A DNA stretch of 32,000 nt from Aliivibrio fischeri ES114 (GCF_000011805.1 NC_006841.2), one strand, 5' to 3'; positions 1 through 10,836 are shown, numbered from the stretch's first letter. Notes: generated from the letters alone by a model not told the origin. Numbers and translations are program-made.

Positions 1-885
1 GGTGTTCTACTTAAACGTATCCATCTCATTAATGATAATTTTATTGAAGTTGCATCTAAGTTGGTCTTTCAAGTGACTTTACCAGCCATGCTTTTTTTAA
101 GTATTGTAAACGCCAAACATGATTTTTCTTCAAGTAGTCACTTAATCATCTATGGGCTTATTGCTAACTTTGTTTTCTTTCTTTTCACGATTTACTCCAC
201 CCGATTTGCTTTTAAAAACAAGCAAAATCACGGCGTTATTATTCAAGGAGGGTTTCGCGCTAACACAGCGATCATCGCTTTAGCTTATGTGGCTAATGCT
301 TATGGAAATACTGGCGTTGCACTCGCTGCTATCTATGTCGCTTCAACAACCATTTTATATAATATTCAGGCCGTTATAGCCCTTACACCTAAGAATGAGA
401 ACAATAAAAAACAAGCTGTTGGGATAATAATAAAAACACTCACTAAAAACCCATTAATTATTTCCATTGTATTAGGTATTATTTGTTCTCTTCTCTCTAT
501 TCCTGTACCTGGTATGCTTTCACAAGCCGGACAATACTTTGCCAATATGACGCTTCCTTTAGCTTTACTATGTGCCGGAGGTTCACTTAATTTACATTCA
601 ATGAAAGAAGAGAGTGCTGCTACGTGGTTTGCTACAAGCTATAAACTTATCTTAAGTCCATTATTCATTACGTCAGGAGGGATCCTCGTAGGATTTAGAG
701 GATTAGAGTTAGGGCTTATTTTCTTTATGAGTGCAGCACCAACAGCTGCAGCAAGTTATGTAATGGCTAGAGCAATGGGGGGAAATGCAATATTAGCGGC
801 AAACATTATCGCTCAAACAACCGTAGCCTCACTGTTTACTTGCACTCTAGGTATATTTGTTTTGTCATCATTTAATCTAATTTAA
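1..885 (+). CDS. AEC (auxin efflux carrier) family permease, 5' end truncated by window start
   Basis: Reading frame is open from position 1 (GVLLKRIHLINDNFIEVASKLVFQVTLPAMLF...), continuous with the listed ORF at 61; multiple hydrophobic helices and an AEC-like N-terminal pattern. Confidence 0.85.
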   Translation, partial: GVLLKRIHLINDNFIEVASKLVFQVTLPAMLFLSIVNAKHDFSSSSHLIIYGLIANFVFFLFTIYSTRFAFKNKQNHGVIIQGGFRANTAIIALAYVANAYGNTGVALAAIYVASTTILYNIQAVIALTPKNENNKKQAVGIIIKTLTKNPLIISIVLGIICSLLSIPVPGMLSQAGQYFANMTLPLALLCAGGSLNLHSMKEESAATWFATSYKLILSPLFITSGGILVGFRGLELGLIFFMSAAPTAAASYVMARAMGGNAILAANIIAQTTVASLFTCTLGIFVLSSFNLI

Positions 886-1011
886 TAAATTTTTTGGAAA
901 ATGAAAAAACAGTATCCTATATATAGTAATACCAACATCGTTAATGTGATGCTCAATTATTACTGATGTTGGTACAATGTATCTACTATTGTTTTAGTTA
1001 ATATCACGTTT

Positions 1012-1051
1012 TTCCAGAGAAGTTTCCCCTTAAGTTCTCTGGAATTTTTTT
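1012..1051 (+). terminator. Rho-independent terminator, TTCCAGAGAA...TTCTCTGGAA followed by T7
   Basis: 10-bp perfect inverted repeat (1012-1021 / 1035-1044) followed by a T-run; lies between convergent genes. Confidence 0.85.
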
Positions 1052-1056
1052 GTCTA

Positions 1057-2025
1057 TTATAACGTGTAGCGAACACCAAAAGTGAACGCGATATCAGTCG
1101 AGTTATCCATATTTATTGCATTTTCAATAACAGAAAACTCAAACGCGGCCTTCTCCAATAAATAACGGTAACCTAAAACATATTCATGTGAGGACTCTGA
1201 AAAATCATCACTATCATCAACCATACCTTCATAGTTATGATAAGAAGTAACAATATGATGCGATGGTGTAATGGCGTAACCATAACCAATAGCGAAAGCG
1301 AACGTATTTTCTTTATACGGTAACTCATTAATCACCGCATCATCATGAAAAGTGACTCCAAGCGTGGAAAAAATAGCGTGTTTCCCATAGTTAAAGCTGT
1401 AGTTTGCCTGTAAGCCTTGTTCAAAAGCCTCTCTTTTAAAATGACCACTATTCACCTTATTAAAATATAAACTAGCGCCTAAACTCACTGCATTATGTTC
1501 ATTGGCAAACAATTGATATTCTAAATAGCTATGAAGTGCACTTGATAATGTCTCGTTTTCAAAATCTTGAATATCCACCCCATACTTAGGCACCGAGATT
1601 GAAAATTGATCATCTTCGACTTCATCTCTTCCATTTTGGCCAATGCCAAAAAAGTCATGGAAACCATAAACAAAAGAATCCAGCCTATTGTTCCCCGCGT
1701 AGTTATATTGATATTTTAACTCCGCTTTAAATTTAGAGGTGATTTGCCATTGTGCTCCAGTGACTATTTGGTTTTGATAGTAATCCATACTGAAACTTTC
1801 TGAATGAGCCCAAACACTAGAAATGGTACCAGTAGCAAACAGCTCTACAGAATCGTCTTTCATAGCAAAAGCAGAACGAAGCTCTGTCGTTAAGCTATTG
1901 GATTGTATTGGAGACTGAGCGTAAGTTTTTAATGGCGTGACAGCAGTATCAGCCTGTACCCAAGAAGAAGACAGACCAACTATGGTTGGAATTAAAGTCA
2001 AAGTTATCTGTTTTCTTATAGGCAT
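1057..2025 (-). CDS. Outer-membrane beta-barrel-like protein of unknown function (possibly DUF3187/DUF2860-type)
   Basis: Probable start at internal Met (MPIRKQITLTLIPTIVGLSSSWVQA signal peptide); alternating beta-strand-like pattern ending in aromatic-rich GVRYTL. Listed ORF extends to 2124. Confidence 0.6.
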   Translation of the reverse strand: MPIRKQITLTLIPTIVGLSSSWVQADTAVTPLKTYAQSPIQSNSLTTELRSAFAMKDDSVELFATGTISSVWAHSESFSMDYYQNQIVTGAQWQITSKFKAELKYQYNYAGNNRLDSFVYGFHDFFGIGQNGRDEVEDDQFSISVPKYGVDIQDFENETLSSALHSYLEYQLFANEHNAVSLGASLYFNKVNSGHFKREAFEQGLQANYSFNYGKHAIFSTLGVTFHDDAVINELPYKENTFAFAIGYGYAITPSHHIVTSYHNYEGMVDDSDDFSESSHEYVLGYRYLLEKAAFEFSVIENAINMDNSTDIAFTFGVRYTL

Positions 2026-2263
2026 AATACTTTTCACATAATTAACCGCTACCAATAGATTGATAACAAAAGAAGGCATAAGGTAATAAACAACATTATT
2101 ACTTATCTTTCCTCTACCTCTCAATACGTTAATGACATGATGGGAGATAGATCATGCACAAAACAACTAAATGACTATAAAACAAGCATTAATAATAAAA
2201 ATTAAACAGATGCATTCAAAATGAAGATGGGACAGGGCAACCACATACCATTAAGTTATCAAT

Positions 2264-3163
2264 TTATTCTACTTGCTGATGTAACCATTCTTTAAATACG
2301 CTGATTTTATCACTCACAATTCCTTTCTGTTTCCACACAACGTAATAGGCTAACTCTGTGGTCGATTCAAGATCAGGAAACAACTGTACTAATCGTCCGC
2401 AATCTAAATCATCTTTTACTAATACACTTCGCCCCAAAGCTATGCCTTGTCCATTAATTGCAGCTTGAATAACAGAAGCTGAGTTATTTATTTTTAGTCC
2501 TTTTTCTGTATTTACATCAAAAATACTATTCTGCTCAAACCACACCTTCCAAGAAGGAAAGCCGCTTTCTTTAGGCAGAGAGATATCATGCAATAAAGGA
2601 AATTGAGCAATAGACTCAATACCTTCAATGCCTTTATTAAGTAACTCAGGAGAACATACTGGAAAAACAGACTCTGTCATTAATAGCGATGCTTCTAATC
2701 CTTCCCACTGACCTTTTCCATAACGAATCCCAACATCGATTCCTTCTGTAAGGTAATCCACAGTTCGAATATTTGTATCTAGCCTTAAATCCCACTCTGA
2801 ATAAGAAGTTTGAAAATCATCTATGCGCATTAATAACCATTTAGCCGCAAATGCAGGACTTACCGCTACCGTTAAAATAGGACTGTTTTTCATTGGTTTT
2901 AATAAATCTAAACCTTGTGCTAAATGCTCAAATCCACGCGTAATTTCAGGTAGACCTAACAGTGCTTCTTTAGTTAATACTAAACGAGAAACTCCTGATG
3001 TTCGTCTTTCGAATAAAGAAATACCTAACCATTCTTCCAACAGTTTTACTTGCTGCCCGATCGCTGCGGGAGTAACGTTTAACTCTTTCGCCGCTAAAGA
3101 AAAACTCAAATGTCGTGCTGAAGCTTCAAAGGCTCGCAAACCATTTAAATGGTGCAACTTCAT
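2264..3163 (-). CDS. LysR-family transcriptional regulator (GcvA-like)
   Basis: N-terminal wHTH LNGLRAFEASARHLSFSLAAKELNVTPAAIGQQVKLLEEWLGISLFERR followed by a LysR substrate-binding domain. Confidence 0.93.
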   Translation of the reverse strand: MKLHHLNGLRAFEASARHLSFSLAAKELNVTPAAIGQQVKLLEEWLGISLFERRTSGVSRLVLTKEALLGLPEITRGFEHLAQGLDLLKPMKNSPILTVAVSPAFAAKWLLMRIDDFQTSYSEWDLRLDTNIRTVDYLTEGIDVGIRYGKGQWEGLEASLLMTESVFPVCSPELLNKGIEGIESIAQFPLLHDISLPKESGFPSWKVWFEQNSIFDVNTEKGLKINNSASVIQAAINGQGIALGRSVLVKDDLDCGRLVQLFPDLESTTELAYYVVWKQKGIVSDKISVFKEWLHQQVE

Positions 3164-3291
3164 AAAACACTTCCCTAAAAATAAACATCAATAAAGAAAA
3201 ACTTTACTGGAAGTATAGAAGTTCTGATTTGTGAGTACGAGATAAAAATCACACAATAAACTTTATCGTCACACATTCATGTAGGTTTATT

Positions 3292-3966
3292 ATGAAATTA
3301 CACACTGATTTATCAAAACACGCGCATGCAATTTTCTCTCAATCCACATGGGTGCCTTCTCCAATAAAAGAAGTTTCTCGCAAAATGCTTGAACGTGATG
3401 GTGGCGAAATAGCAACAGCAACGACCCTAGTTCACTATGAACCTAATAGCTATTTTTCTTCTCATATCCATACCGGCGGTGAAGAGTTTTTTGTTTTAGA
3501 TGGCACTTTTGCTGATGAGCACGGTGACTACCCTATTGGTACTTATATGCGTAACCCTGTTGGCTCTTCTCACGCTCCAATCGTAGAGGCGGGGTGCATG
3601 ATTTTAGTTAAGCTAGGGCAATACCAAGAAGGTGACACAACTCCCGTACATATTGATACTCATGCTCAAGATTTTCTTCCTGATCCTTCGCGTCATCACG
3701 TGCAATATCAAGCGCTACATTCTTTTAAGCATGAGAGTGTTCGTCTTGAAAAATGGCAAGCAAATCAAACTATCAAACTGGAAAATCAAGGAGGAATTGA
3801 ACTCTTAGTTCTTGAAGGGAAATTTACTCATGATAATACTGAATATCGAAAATTTGATTGGCTACGTTTACCTATTGGACATTCCTTACACGCTAGTATC
3901 AAGGAAGATACTTGTAAAGTTTGGATAAAAACAGGGCATCACTTACATCAAATTAAAGATAAGTGA
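3292..3966 (+). CDS. Cupin-domain protein (ChrR-like double cupin)
   Basis: Cupin motifs YFSSHIHTGGEEFFVLDG and a second half-cupin; divergent from LysR gene. Confidence 0.8.
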   Translation: MKLHTDLSKHAHAIFSQSTWVPSPIKEVSRKMLERDGGEIATATTLVHYEPNSYFSSHIHTGGEEFFVLDGTFADEHGDYPIGTYMRNPVGSSHAPIVEAGCMILVKLGQYQEGDTTPVHIDTHAQDFLPDPSRHHVQYQALHSFKHESVRLEKWQANQTIKLENQGGIELLVLEGKFTHDNTEYRKFDWLRLPIGHSLHASIKEDTCKVWIKTGHHLHQIKDK

Positions 3967-3974
3967 GAAGTAAT

Positions 3975-4010
3975 ACAAAGGCCAAATCACTAATAGACTT
4001 GGCCTTAATT
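3975..4010. terminator. Likely bidirectional terminator AAGGCCAA...TTGGCCTT
   Basis: 8-bp perfect inverted repeat (3978-3985 / 3999-4006) between convergent genes. Confidence 0.6.
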
Positions 4011-4027
4011 TGTATTCTTAAAACAAT

Positions 4028-4765
4028 TTAACAACTGTGTTCCATTAAGAATTGAATATCATCTCCAGCGCCATAATACACGGGCTCTTTTCCATGACTG
4101 AATAGCTTCAATGGTTTTTCATTGGCGGTGTGATAGCTCAACTTACCATCAAGAATGTGCAACCATGTTCCTTCAGGAATACCAACTACAGGTTCATGCT
4201 TATTCACTTCCAAAAACTCTTGAATACGCTCATCACGTGTTTCACCAAAATGGCCTTCAACGGATGCTTCTAAATAATGAGGGTTAATTTGGAATGGAAC
4301 TAAATTTAATGAAGGCAGAATAGCGCCAGTAATGATAGGCATATCGTTCGTTGTACGAATCGTTGGGCAACCAATATTTGTGCCTGCACTCCAACCGATA
4401 TATGGAACGCCATTATCAAGTACAGCTTTACGAATAGGACCAATCAAACCTAAATCATGCAGTGTTTTATTTAATACCCAAGTATTGCCACCGCTAACCA
4501 AAATTCCATCCGCTTCTTGAATGGTTTTCACAGGATCTTCTGAACGATGCAATCCTGTTACTTTACAATCTAATCCTAGATGATCAAATGTTTGTTGTAC
4601 CAAGGCGACACGATCATCATGACTTGAACGAATAACAGCATAAGGAATAAGAACTAAATTCTTTGCTTTTGTGCGTTGAATCTGTTCAATAATCGCTTCA
4701 CTTGCAAACTCCATTACGTGATTATTTCCCGCAATTTTGCCGTTACTTAATAATAAAATATCCAT
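4028..4765 (-). CDS. pepE: Dipeptidase E (alpha-aspartyl dipeptidase)
   Basis: MDILLLSNGKI... ILVSGGNTWVLNKTLHD... YIGWSAGTNIGCPTIRTTNDMPI, characteristic PepE family S51 motifs. Confidence 0.93.
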   Translation of the reverse strand: MDILLLSNGKIAGNNHVMEFASEAIIEQIQRTKAKNLVLIPYAVIRSSHDDRVALVQQTFDHLGLDCKVTGLHRSEDPVKTIQEADGILVSGGNTWVLNKTLHDLGLIGPIRKAVLDNGVPYIGWSAGTNIGCPTIRTTNDMPIITGAILPSLNLVPFQINPHYLEASVEGHFGETRDERIQEFLEVNKHEPVVGIPEGTWLHILDGKLSYHTANEKPLKLFSHGKEPVYYGAGDDIQFLMEHSC

Positions 4766-5150
4766 CTTCTTACTGCCTTATGTCTATTTAATATCGCCAC
4801 AAATGTTTACTTTTATAAAAATAAGCATAGCGATCCAAGAGAGAGCAAAAACCATAACAGAAAAAATAAGGCTAAAACTTGTGTTAGATCTCACCTAACA
4901 ATGATCAACTCTAAGGCTTAACATATAATTTTATTTTGGCAGAAGTTAGACAAAAAGATTGAACAAATAGTAGCCTATTCTGAAGGTCGAAAGTAAAAAA
5001 ATTGTCAAAATGAAATACCTACCACTAAGATTTCATAATAAATAGGATTGCTACAAATTAATATAAATCGACACCTTGATTTTCTCGATAATAGTAAAAA
5101 TTAAGCGTATCTCATTCAACTATTCATACTATATGTAGCATATCCACTTT

Positions 5151-6746
5151 TTATTTATCAATTTTAAAGAAATCTAAGCTTTCTTTTTGTTTCTCCGCTA
5201 AATTTGATAATTCTAGACTAGCGGATGAACTTTGAGATATTGCTGTAGTTTCTAAAGCTACATTGTCAGAAATATTAGTCAAATTACTATTTATCTCATT
5301 AGATACCTGAGATTGTTCTTCTGAAGCAGTAGCAACTAATGAATTAATATCTGAGATTTCAGTACAAGCTTCTTGAACTTTTTTCAAAGAGTTATCAACT
5401 TGTTTATTTATAGACTGAACTGAATCAACTAACTCTAGACTTTGGTTCATCCCTTTATTTGCAATTTCTGCCTGGCTACGAAGATCTTCGATAATAGTTT
5501 GAATACCATAAGTTGAATCAGATGTACGTTTCGCAAGAATACGAACCTCATCAGCAACAACAGCAAATCCACGTCCAGACTCGCCGGCTCTGGCTGCTTC
5601 AATAGCTGCATTTAATGCAAGCAAATTAGTTTGCTCAGAAATCGAACCGATAGTATCAACAATAGTTCTTATTTCTTCAGATTTATCGCTTACATTAACT
5701 ACAGTTTTAGATAGTGAATCTAATGAGTGTATCACCTCATTAAACGCTACAGAACTTTGATCAAAGATAGTAAGTGCTTCTTCAGTAATTGTATTAATTT
5801 CTTGTGCTTTGGTTTCAGCACTAGCAGCATTATCTCTCACTTCACCTGCTGTAGCAGATAATTCATTGACAGCCGTTGCTACTAACGTAATTTCATTTAA
5901 TTGTCTTTCAGCGCTCTCTTGAGAGTTTGCTGTAATTTGTGAAAGTTCTGTTGCGGCAGTTGCGACCTCTAATCCAACTGAGTTTAATTGTGCAATTGTT
6001 GTTTTAAGCTTAAATAAAGTTTGATTGATCGCTTTGTTAAGTTGATAGATTTCATTATCACCTTTATCATCTAAATGATGTTCTAAATTTCCTTTTGATA
6101 CATCATCCATAACATAATTTATGTTAGAAAATACCTTAATTATATTAAGTATTATTTTTAGACTAATTGCCAAAGATATTAAAATACTGATTACAATTAA
6201 TGTAATTACAGTTTTTTTTGTTTTATTACTTTCTTTTTCAAATGATAAAACAGCTATTCTAGATGATTCATTTATTGATTTCTTAAGATTTACAATAATT
6301 TTATCTATATTGTTCCCTGTGTGTGTAAAATCATCATGAAATTTTTTATATTGCAATTCGTCTAATTCTTTGTCTTTATCATTTAACATATCCTTTGCAA
6401 ATACATTATATTTCAGTATTTCGTTATTTAAATCCTTATATATTTCCCTATAATTTGAGCTTTGTTCAGTCAGTTTATTTAAGGATTCCAACAATAAATT
6501 TATCGGCTTCTTAAACTCATTATCTCTTGTATATATATACCTTGTTAATAGTCTACGAGCTTCTGCTAAGTTATCATTAATATCAAAAAGCTTTGCGTCT
6601 TGTATTAATATATTTTTACTATCTTGATTGGAAGAATATATTAAATTATCTGTTTCCGATACAATATAAATAAACAAACCAATCGTAGTAATTAAAAATA
6701 ACAATATAGGGGATAATAAAAGTAATTTTAAACTAATTTTTCTCAT
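5151..6746 (-). CDS. Methyl-accepting chemotaxis protein (membrane; long helical periplasmic domain, HAMP, MCP signalling domain)
   Basis: Two TM segments, HAMP region, signalling tip [43 protein letters not shown]. Confidence 0.95.
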   Translation of the reverse strand: MRKISLKLLLLSPILLFLITTIGLFIYIVSETDNLIYSSNQDSKNILIQDAKLFDINDNLAEARRLLTRYIYTRDNEFKKPINLLLESLNKLTEQSSNYREIYKDLNNEILKYNVFAKDMLNDKDKELDELQYKKFHDDFTHTGNNIDKIIVNLKKSINESSRIAVLSFEKESNKTKKTVITLIVISILISLAISLKIILNIIKVFSNINYVMDDVSKGNLEHHLDDKGDNEIYQLNKAINQTLFKLKTTIAQLNSVGLEVATAATELSQITANSQESAERQLNEITLVATAVNELSATAGEVRDNAASAETKAQEINTITEEALTIFDQSSVAFNEVIHSLDSLSKTVVNVSDKSEEIRTIVDTIGSISEQTNLLALNAAIEAARAGESGRGFAVVADEVRILAKRTSDSTYGIQTIIEDLRSQAEIANKGMNQSLELVDSVQSINKQVDNSLKKVQEACTEISDINSLVATASEEQSQVSNEINSNLTNISDNVALETTAISQSSSASLELSNLAEKQKESLDFFKIDK

Positions 6747-6785
6747 AGCAAACTCTAAAATAATTTAATGATTATAGACAGTATT

Positions 6786-7028
6786 TTATAATTTATCATA
6801 ATATTTCAACCAACATTGAACAAATAAAGAAATTGATTTATCTTCATTTTTCACACCAACTAGAAATGATTTTTCTTCGTCACTTTCAGGAATTAAAGAA
6901 CCATCAAGCAATCCTTTCATTGTTAACCCATAATTATCTAAAATTGCAGCCTCCTCAACACTAAATCCATGATATATAAAACCATTTGGGAAATTATTAT
7001 CATCATAAAATCGAACGCTTCTTCTCAT
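6786..7028 (-). CDS. Small MaoP/YifE-like (DUF413) protein
   Basis: RFYDDNNFPNGFIYHGFSVEEAAILDNYGLTMKGLLDGSLIPESDEEKSF...CWLKYYD resembles E. coli MaoP pattern RYFDN..YPRGF.RHG.FT..EA.LLE.YG...L..G...P...EE..F...W.KY. Confidence 0.75.
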   Translation of the reverse strand: MRRSVRFYDDNNFPNGFIYHGFSVEEAAILDNYGLTMKGLLDGSLIPESDEEKSFLVGVKNEDKSISLFVQCWLKYYDKL

Positions 7029-7107
7029 TTTTATACCAACTTAAAATTATGTAAATCTACAAATTACAGCTTATTTTTACTAAAAAAATTTATAGAGATA
7101 GTTATAC

Positions 7108-8637
7108 TTATTTGAATATCTTGCTAATATCTAATATTTTCATTGTTGCGCTATCAACTTTATTGGCATAGTCAAGTATTTTATTTCCTTGGGTAGCATT
7201 CTTTTGAGAAAGGCCTTTTACTTGATGAATACCTTGACTTATTTCTTTAGATATATTTTCTTGATCTTCGATAGTTAATGCAATTTGAGAAGCTTGATCT
7301 CCAATTTTATTAATTTGATTAAGAATATTATTCATTGCTTGATTAACTTTACTACTTCGATCAGAGCAATCATTGGCTTCTTTTTTACTAATAAACATTT
7401 CATCACTCCATATAGTTAATATTTTTTTTAGATCGGTAACAGAGTTTTGAATTATCAACGATGCTTTTTGTGTTCGATTAGCAAGAGTTCTAACTTCATC
7501 AGCAACAACAGCAAAACCTCGCCCTTGTTCTCCAGCTCGTGCAGCTTCAATTGCAGCATTAAGAGCTAATAAATTCGTTTGTTCAGCAATACTTTGAATA
7601 TCAGTCATAATAATAGAAATCTTATTTATGTCTTCAATTAAATTTATTGCATTTCCTGCTAATTTATCGATATTTATAGATAAATTATTAACTTTATCCA
7701 TAGATGAGCCTAAATAAATAGAACTTTTCTCGCTCTCATTAATTGCAACTCTTACTGATTCATATACTTGATTTACATTGATGCTAACTTCTTGAAGATT
7801 AGTTGTCATTTCAGTAATAGCAGTTACTGATTGTTTTAAATTTTTATTTTCTTCTTCAACACCATTAATAATATCACTAGCTGAATTCTTTAATTCAGAA
7901 ACAACGCTTAATAATGCATGTCCTGAATCTGAACTTCGACCAAGTATCGTTCGAATTCTAGCATTATTTAATTTCGTCTGATAATCGACAATACCAATAA
8001 ATCCTCCTCCAGAAAAAATATGACGTGAAGGGCTATCAAATAAAATTTTCACTTTTTTAGCATAAGAAGGAAAGGTAAATAATTCTTGATTAAAAATGGC
8101 ACCAATACAAATTAGTAAGCTTATAACAATTAAAGGTGTAGTAACTGAATCATTGATAAAAAATAATATAGTGATAGCTATGCTAATTATAAATAAAGCT
8201 ATAACTCTTCGTAGAACTATATCAGATTGAAAATCATAAATAGAACCACCTTTATTAAGATGCTCATATAACCTTTTAGCTTTTTCCTTTTGCTTTTGAG
8301 TTGGCACGGTACGAACAGATTGATAACCAATAACATTATTATCTTTTAAGATTGAAGTAATATATGCATCCACCCAATAGTAATCACCATTTTTGCAACG
8401 ATTAATTACGATGCCGCGCCAAGCTTTTCCTTCTTTTAATTTTGACCACAAATCTTCGAATGCCAATTTAGGCATAAAAGGATGTCTAATGATGTTATGA
8501 TTTTGACCTTTTAACTCATCTACTTTGTAGCCTGAGATCAAACAAAAAGCCTCATTAGCATAAGTAATCCTCCCTTCTAAATCAGTAATTGAAACTAATT
8601 GTTCTGTAGATTTAAATATTATTTCATTATTATCCAT
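7108..8637 (-). CDS. PAS-domain chemoreceptor (Aer-like)
   Basis: N-terminal PAS ([82 protein letters not shown]), short hydrophobic hairpin, MCP signalling domain. Start chosen at MDNNEIIF; listed ORF extends to 8715. Confidence 0.93.
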   Translation of the reverse strand: MDNNEIIFKSTEQLVSITDLEGRITYANEAFCLISGYKVDELKGQNHNIIRHPFMPKLAFEDLWSKLKEGKAWRGIVINRCKNGDYYWVDAYITSILKDNNVIGYQSVRTVPTQKQKEKAKRLYEHLNKGGSIYDFQSDIVLRRVIALFIISIAITILFFINDSVTTPLIVISLLICIGAIFNQELFTFPSYAKKVKILFDSPSRHIFSGGGFIGIVDYQTKLNNARIRTILGRSSDSGHALLSVVSELKNSASDIINGVEEENKNLKQSVTAITEMTTNLQEVSINVNQVYESVRVAINESEKSSIYLGSSMDKVNNLSINIDKLAGNAINLIEDINKISIIMTDIQSIAEQTNLLALNAAIEAARAGEQGRGFAVVADEVRTLANRTQKASLIIQNSVTDLKKILTIWSDEMFISKKEANDCSDRSSKVNQAMNNILNQINKIGDQASQIALTIEDQENISKEISQGIHQVKGLSQKNATQGNKILDYANKVDSATMKILDISKIFK

Positions 8638-8875
8638 ACAATACTTATAAAATTGAAAAACACTAAACCATTGGTTTAATGAGTATATTATAAAATTATT
8701 TTCTATTTCTATCACAAGTTTATCGATTTTAAAACATATAATTAAATCAATATTACTTAATTAGAAAAATGGACAAATATTGAAACATATCAGTCAATTT
8801 ATCATATTTGAAATATGTATAGGTAATGTAAGATACATAATAAACCCATAAACAGAGGACGCTACTATTAATAAT

Positions 8876-10507
8876 TTGAAGTTATCAGTTAAAAACCATT
8901 TAATAATAGGTTTTGGTATTACTCTACTTATAATGACATTTCTTACTATTTTCGGTATACAAAAAGTAAATACTATTAATAGTTCTCTAACTGAAATATC
9001 TGATATCAATTCAGTTAAACAACGCTATGCAATCAATTACCGTGGCAGTGTACATGACCGTGCAATTGCTATTAGAGATATTGCTATCGCAAGAACCCCA
9101 CAAGAAATATCACATTTAGAAAAAGAGATTAACCGATTACAAACCTTCTATCGTGATTCAGAAGCACAAATGAAAAAAATGCGCCAAGATGGTATCGCAT
9201 TTACCAGTGAAGAACTCAGCATTTTAGCTAATATCGAAAAAATTCAAAAAACGACATTACCATTAATCGACCAAGTTATTAGTGATAAAAAGTCAGGTAA
9301 ACTCACTACTGATGTTGTTTTAGATTCAATTCGCCCTGCATTTATTCAATGGTTAGATTGTATTAACCAGTTTATTGATTATCAAGAAATCCAAAACCAG
9401 ATACTTACTTCTGAGGCAAGGGGTACTGCTAGTGGCTTTCAAAAATTAATGTTACTCCTTACAATATCAGCTTTAATAGTTTCTTTATTCATTGGTTTTA
9501 TTATTGAACGTAGCTTTAAAGCTTCTTTAGGCCGCGAGCCTTGGGAGTTATCAGAAATGATTAAAAAGATCTCTGAAGGTAATCTATCCCAACGTTTTAA
9601 TAACGCTTCAAGTGCCGTTGGCATCTACAATTCATTAATTATTCTTAATGAAAAAGTAGGTGTAGCTATCAGAAACAGCAGTGATATATCAACTCACGTT
9701 GCAACGTCATCAGAGCAACTGACTGAAGTAATGCAAAACACGGCTAATAATGCTCAACATGAATTAGCACAAGTTGAAGAGATTTCACACGCAATCAGTG
9801 AATTATCGACAACCTCAAAAGAAGTGACATCAAATGCGGTTCACGCTGAAGAAGAAGTAAGTAAAGCGATAGACAGTGTTTCTCAAGGTAACCAAACCTT
9901 AGATGAATCGATTCATTTAACTCAGAGAATCAATGAGTCTGTGCAACTAACAGCAAGTATGATTGCTGAACTAAAAACCAATGCAATGGACATTGGGGAA
10001 GTAACTGCCGTTATCAGCACAATTTCAGACCAAATAAATTTATTGGCACTCAATGCTGCTATTGAAGCCGCTCGTGCAGGTGAATATGGTCGAGGCTTTG
10101 CCGTGGTTGCTGATGAGGTTCGTAATCTTGCATCAAAAACTCAAGAATCAACACAAAGTGTTCAAGAAATTATCGCTCAACTGCAAGCTCAATCTGAAAA
10201 AGCAAACGACAACATGATAAGTAACGTGGAGCTTATTCAAGAGTCTGTGGCTTTATCAGAGAATGTAAAATCCTCTTTCAGCTACATTGAGAATTCAGTT
10301 CAATCTATATCGAAGATAAACACCTTAGTGGCTAGCACCTCTCAAGAGCAGTTCACACTCACAGAACGAATCGCATTAAATACAACCAACACCTTTGATC
10401 TTGTTAATCAAAATGTAGCTGCGATTAATCAAACTCAACAAGCCGCAAAAGAACTATCACAACTGGCTGTTTCACAAAAAGAAGAATTAACTTTTTTTAA
10501 AGTGTAA
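8876..10507 (+). CDS. Methyl-accepting chemotaxis protein, 4-helix-bundle-type sensor
   Basis: TM, periplasmic helical domain, [24 protein letters not shown]-like region, [40 protein letters not shown]. Start codon is TTG at 8876 or ATT at 8867. Confidence 0.95.
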   Translation: MKLSVKNHLIIGFGITLLIMTFLTIFGIQKVNTINSSLTEISDINSVKQRYAINYRGSVHDRAIAIRDIAIARTPQEISHLEKEINRLQTFYRDSEAQMKKMRQDGIAFTSEELSILANIEKIQKTTLPLIDQVISDKKSGKLTTDVVLDSIRPAFIQWLDCINQFIDYQEIQNQILTSEARGTASGFQKLMLLLTISALIVSLFIGFIIERSFKASLGREPWELSEMIKKISEGNLSQRFNNASSAVGIYNSLIILNEKVGVAIRNSSDISTHVATSSEQLTEVMQNTANNAQHELAQVEEISHAISELSTTSKEVTSNAVHAEEEVSKAIDSVSQGNQTLDESIHLTQRINESVQLTASMIAELKTNAMDIGEVTAVISTISDQINLLALNAAIEAARAGEYGRGFAVVADEVRNLASKTQESTQSVQEIIAQLQAQSEKANDNMISNVELIQESVALSENVKSSFSYIENSVQSISKINTLVASTSQEQFTLTERIALNTTNTFDLVNQNVAAINQTQQAAKELSQLAVSQKEELTFFKV

Positions 10508-10534
10508 AAATAAAAAATATAAAAAGAGGTAGCT

Positions 10535-10822
10535 ATGAATAGTTATAATAATAAAACTGTAAATGAACTATTAGTTGATCATTTAATTAATATCATGGAA
10601 AAGAACCTTATTGATATAACTAATAATTTAAATAAAATAACTGATAAAAATGATTTAATTGTAAAACTAAGGAATGATATAAATAGTATCAGCTTTAATT
10701 TTGAAAATATACCTTTAACAAAAATAAATAAATTACAGGAGCTAAAAGAAGAATACTTACGCACTTTTGAAAGGTGTAATCAAGGCTCACCTTTCACACA
10801 CACAACTTTAACAATACATTAA
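10535..10822 (+). CDS. Hypothetical 95-aa protein between two MCP genes
   Basis: ORF preceded by AGAGG ribosome-binding-like sequence, tightly spaced (27 nt after MCP stop, 14 nt before the next MCP start). Confidence 0.7.
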   Translation: MNSYNNKTVNELLVDHLINIMEKNLIDITNNLNKITDKNDLIVKLRNDINSISFNFENIPLTKINKLQELKEEYLRTFERCNQGSPFTHTTLTIH

Positions 10823-10836
10823 TATAGAAAACATCG

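Noticed and set aside
2823-3194. ORF track entry on + strand (123 aa)
   Set aside because: Antisense to the well-supported LysR gene; low-complexity reverse-frame translation with no recognisable family.
4332-4520. ORF track entry on + strand inside pepE
   Set aside because: Antisense overlap with a confidently identified gene.
6121-6339. ORFs antisense to or out of frame within MCP genes (6121..6339, 9439..9624, 11924..12124, 14954..15316, 24456..24713, 24756..25259)
   Set aside because: All overlap strongly supported coding sequences and show reverse-frame hydrophobic artefacts.
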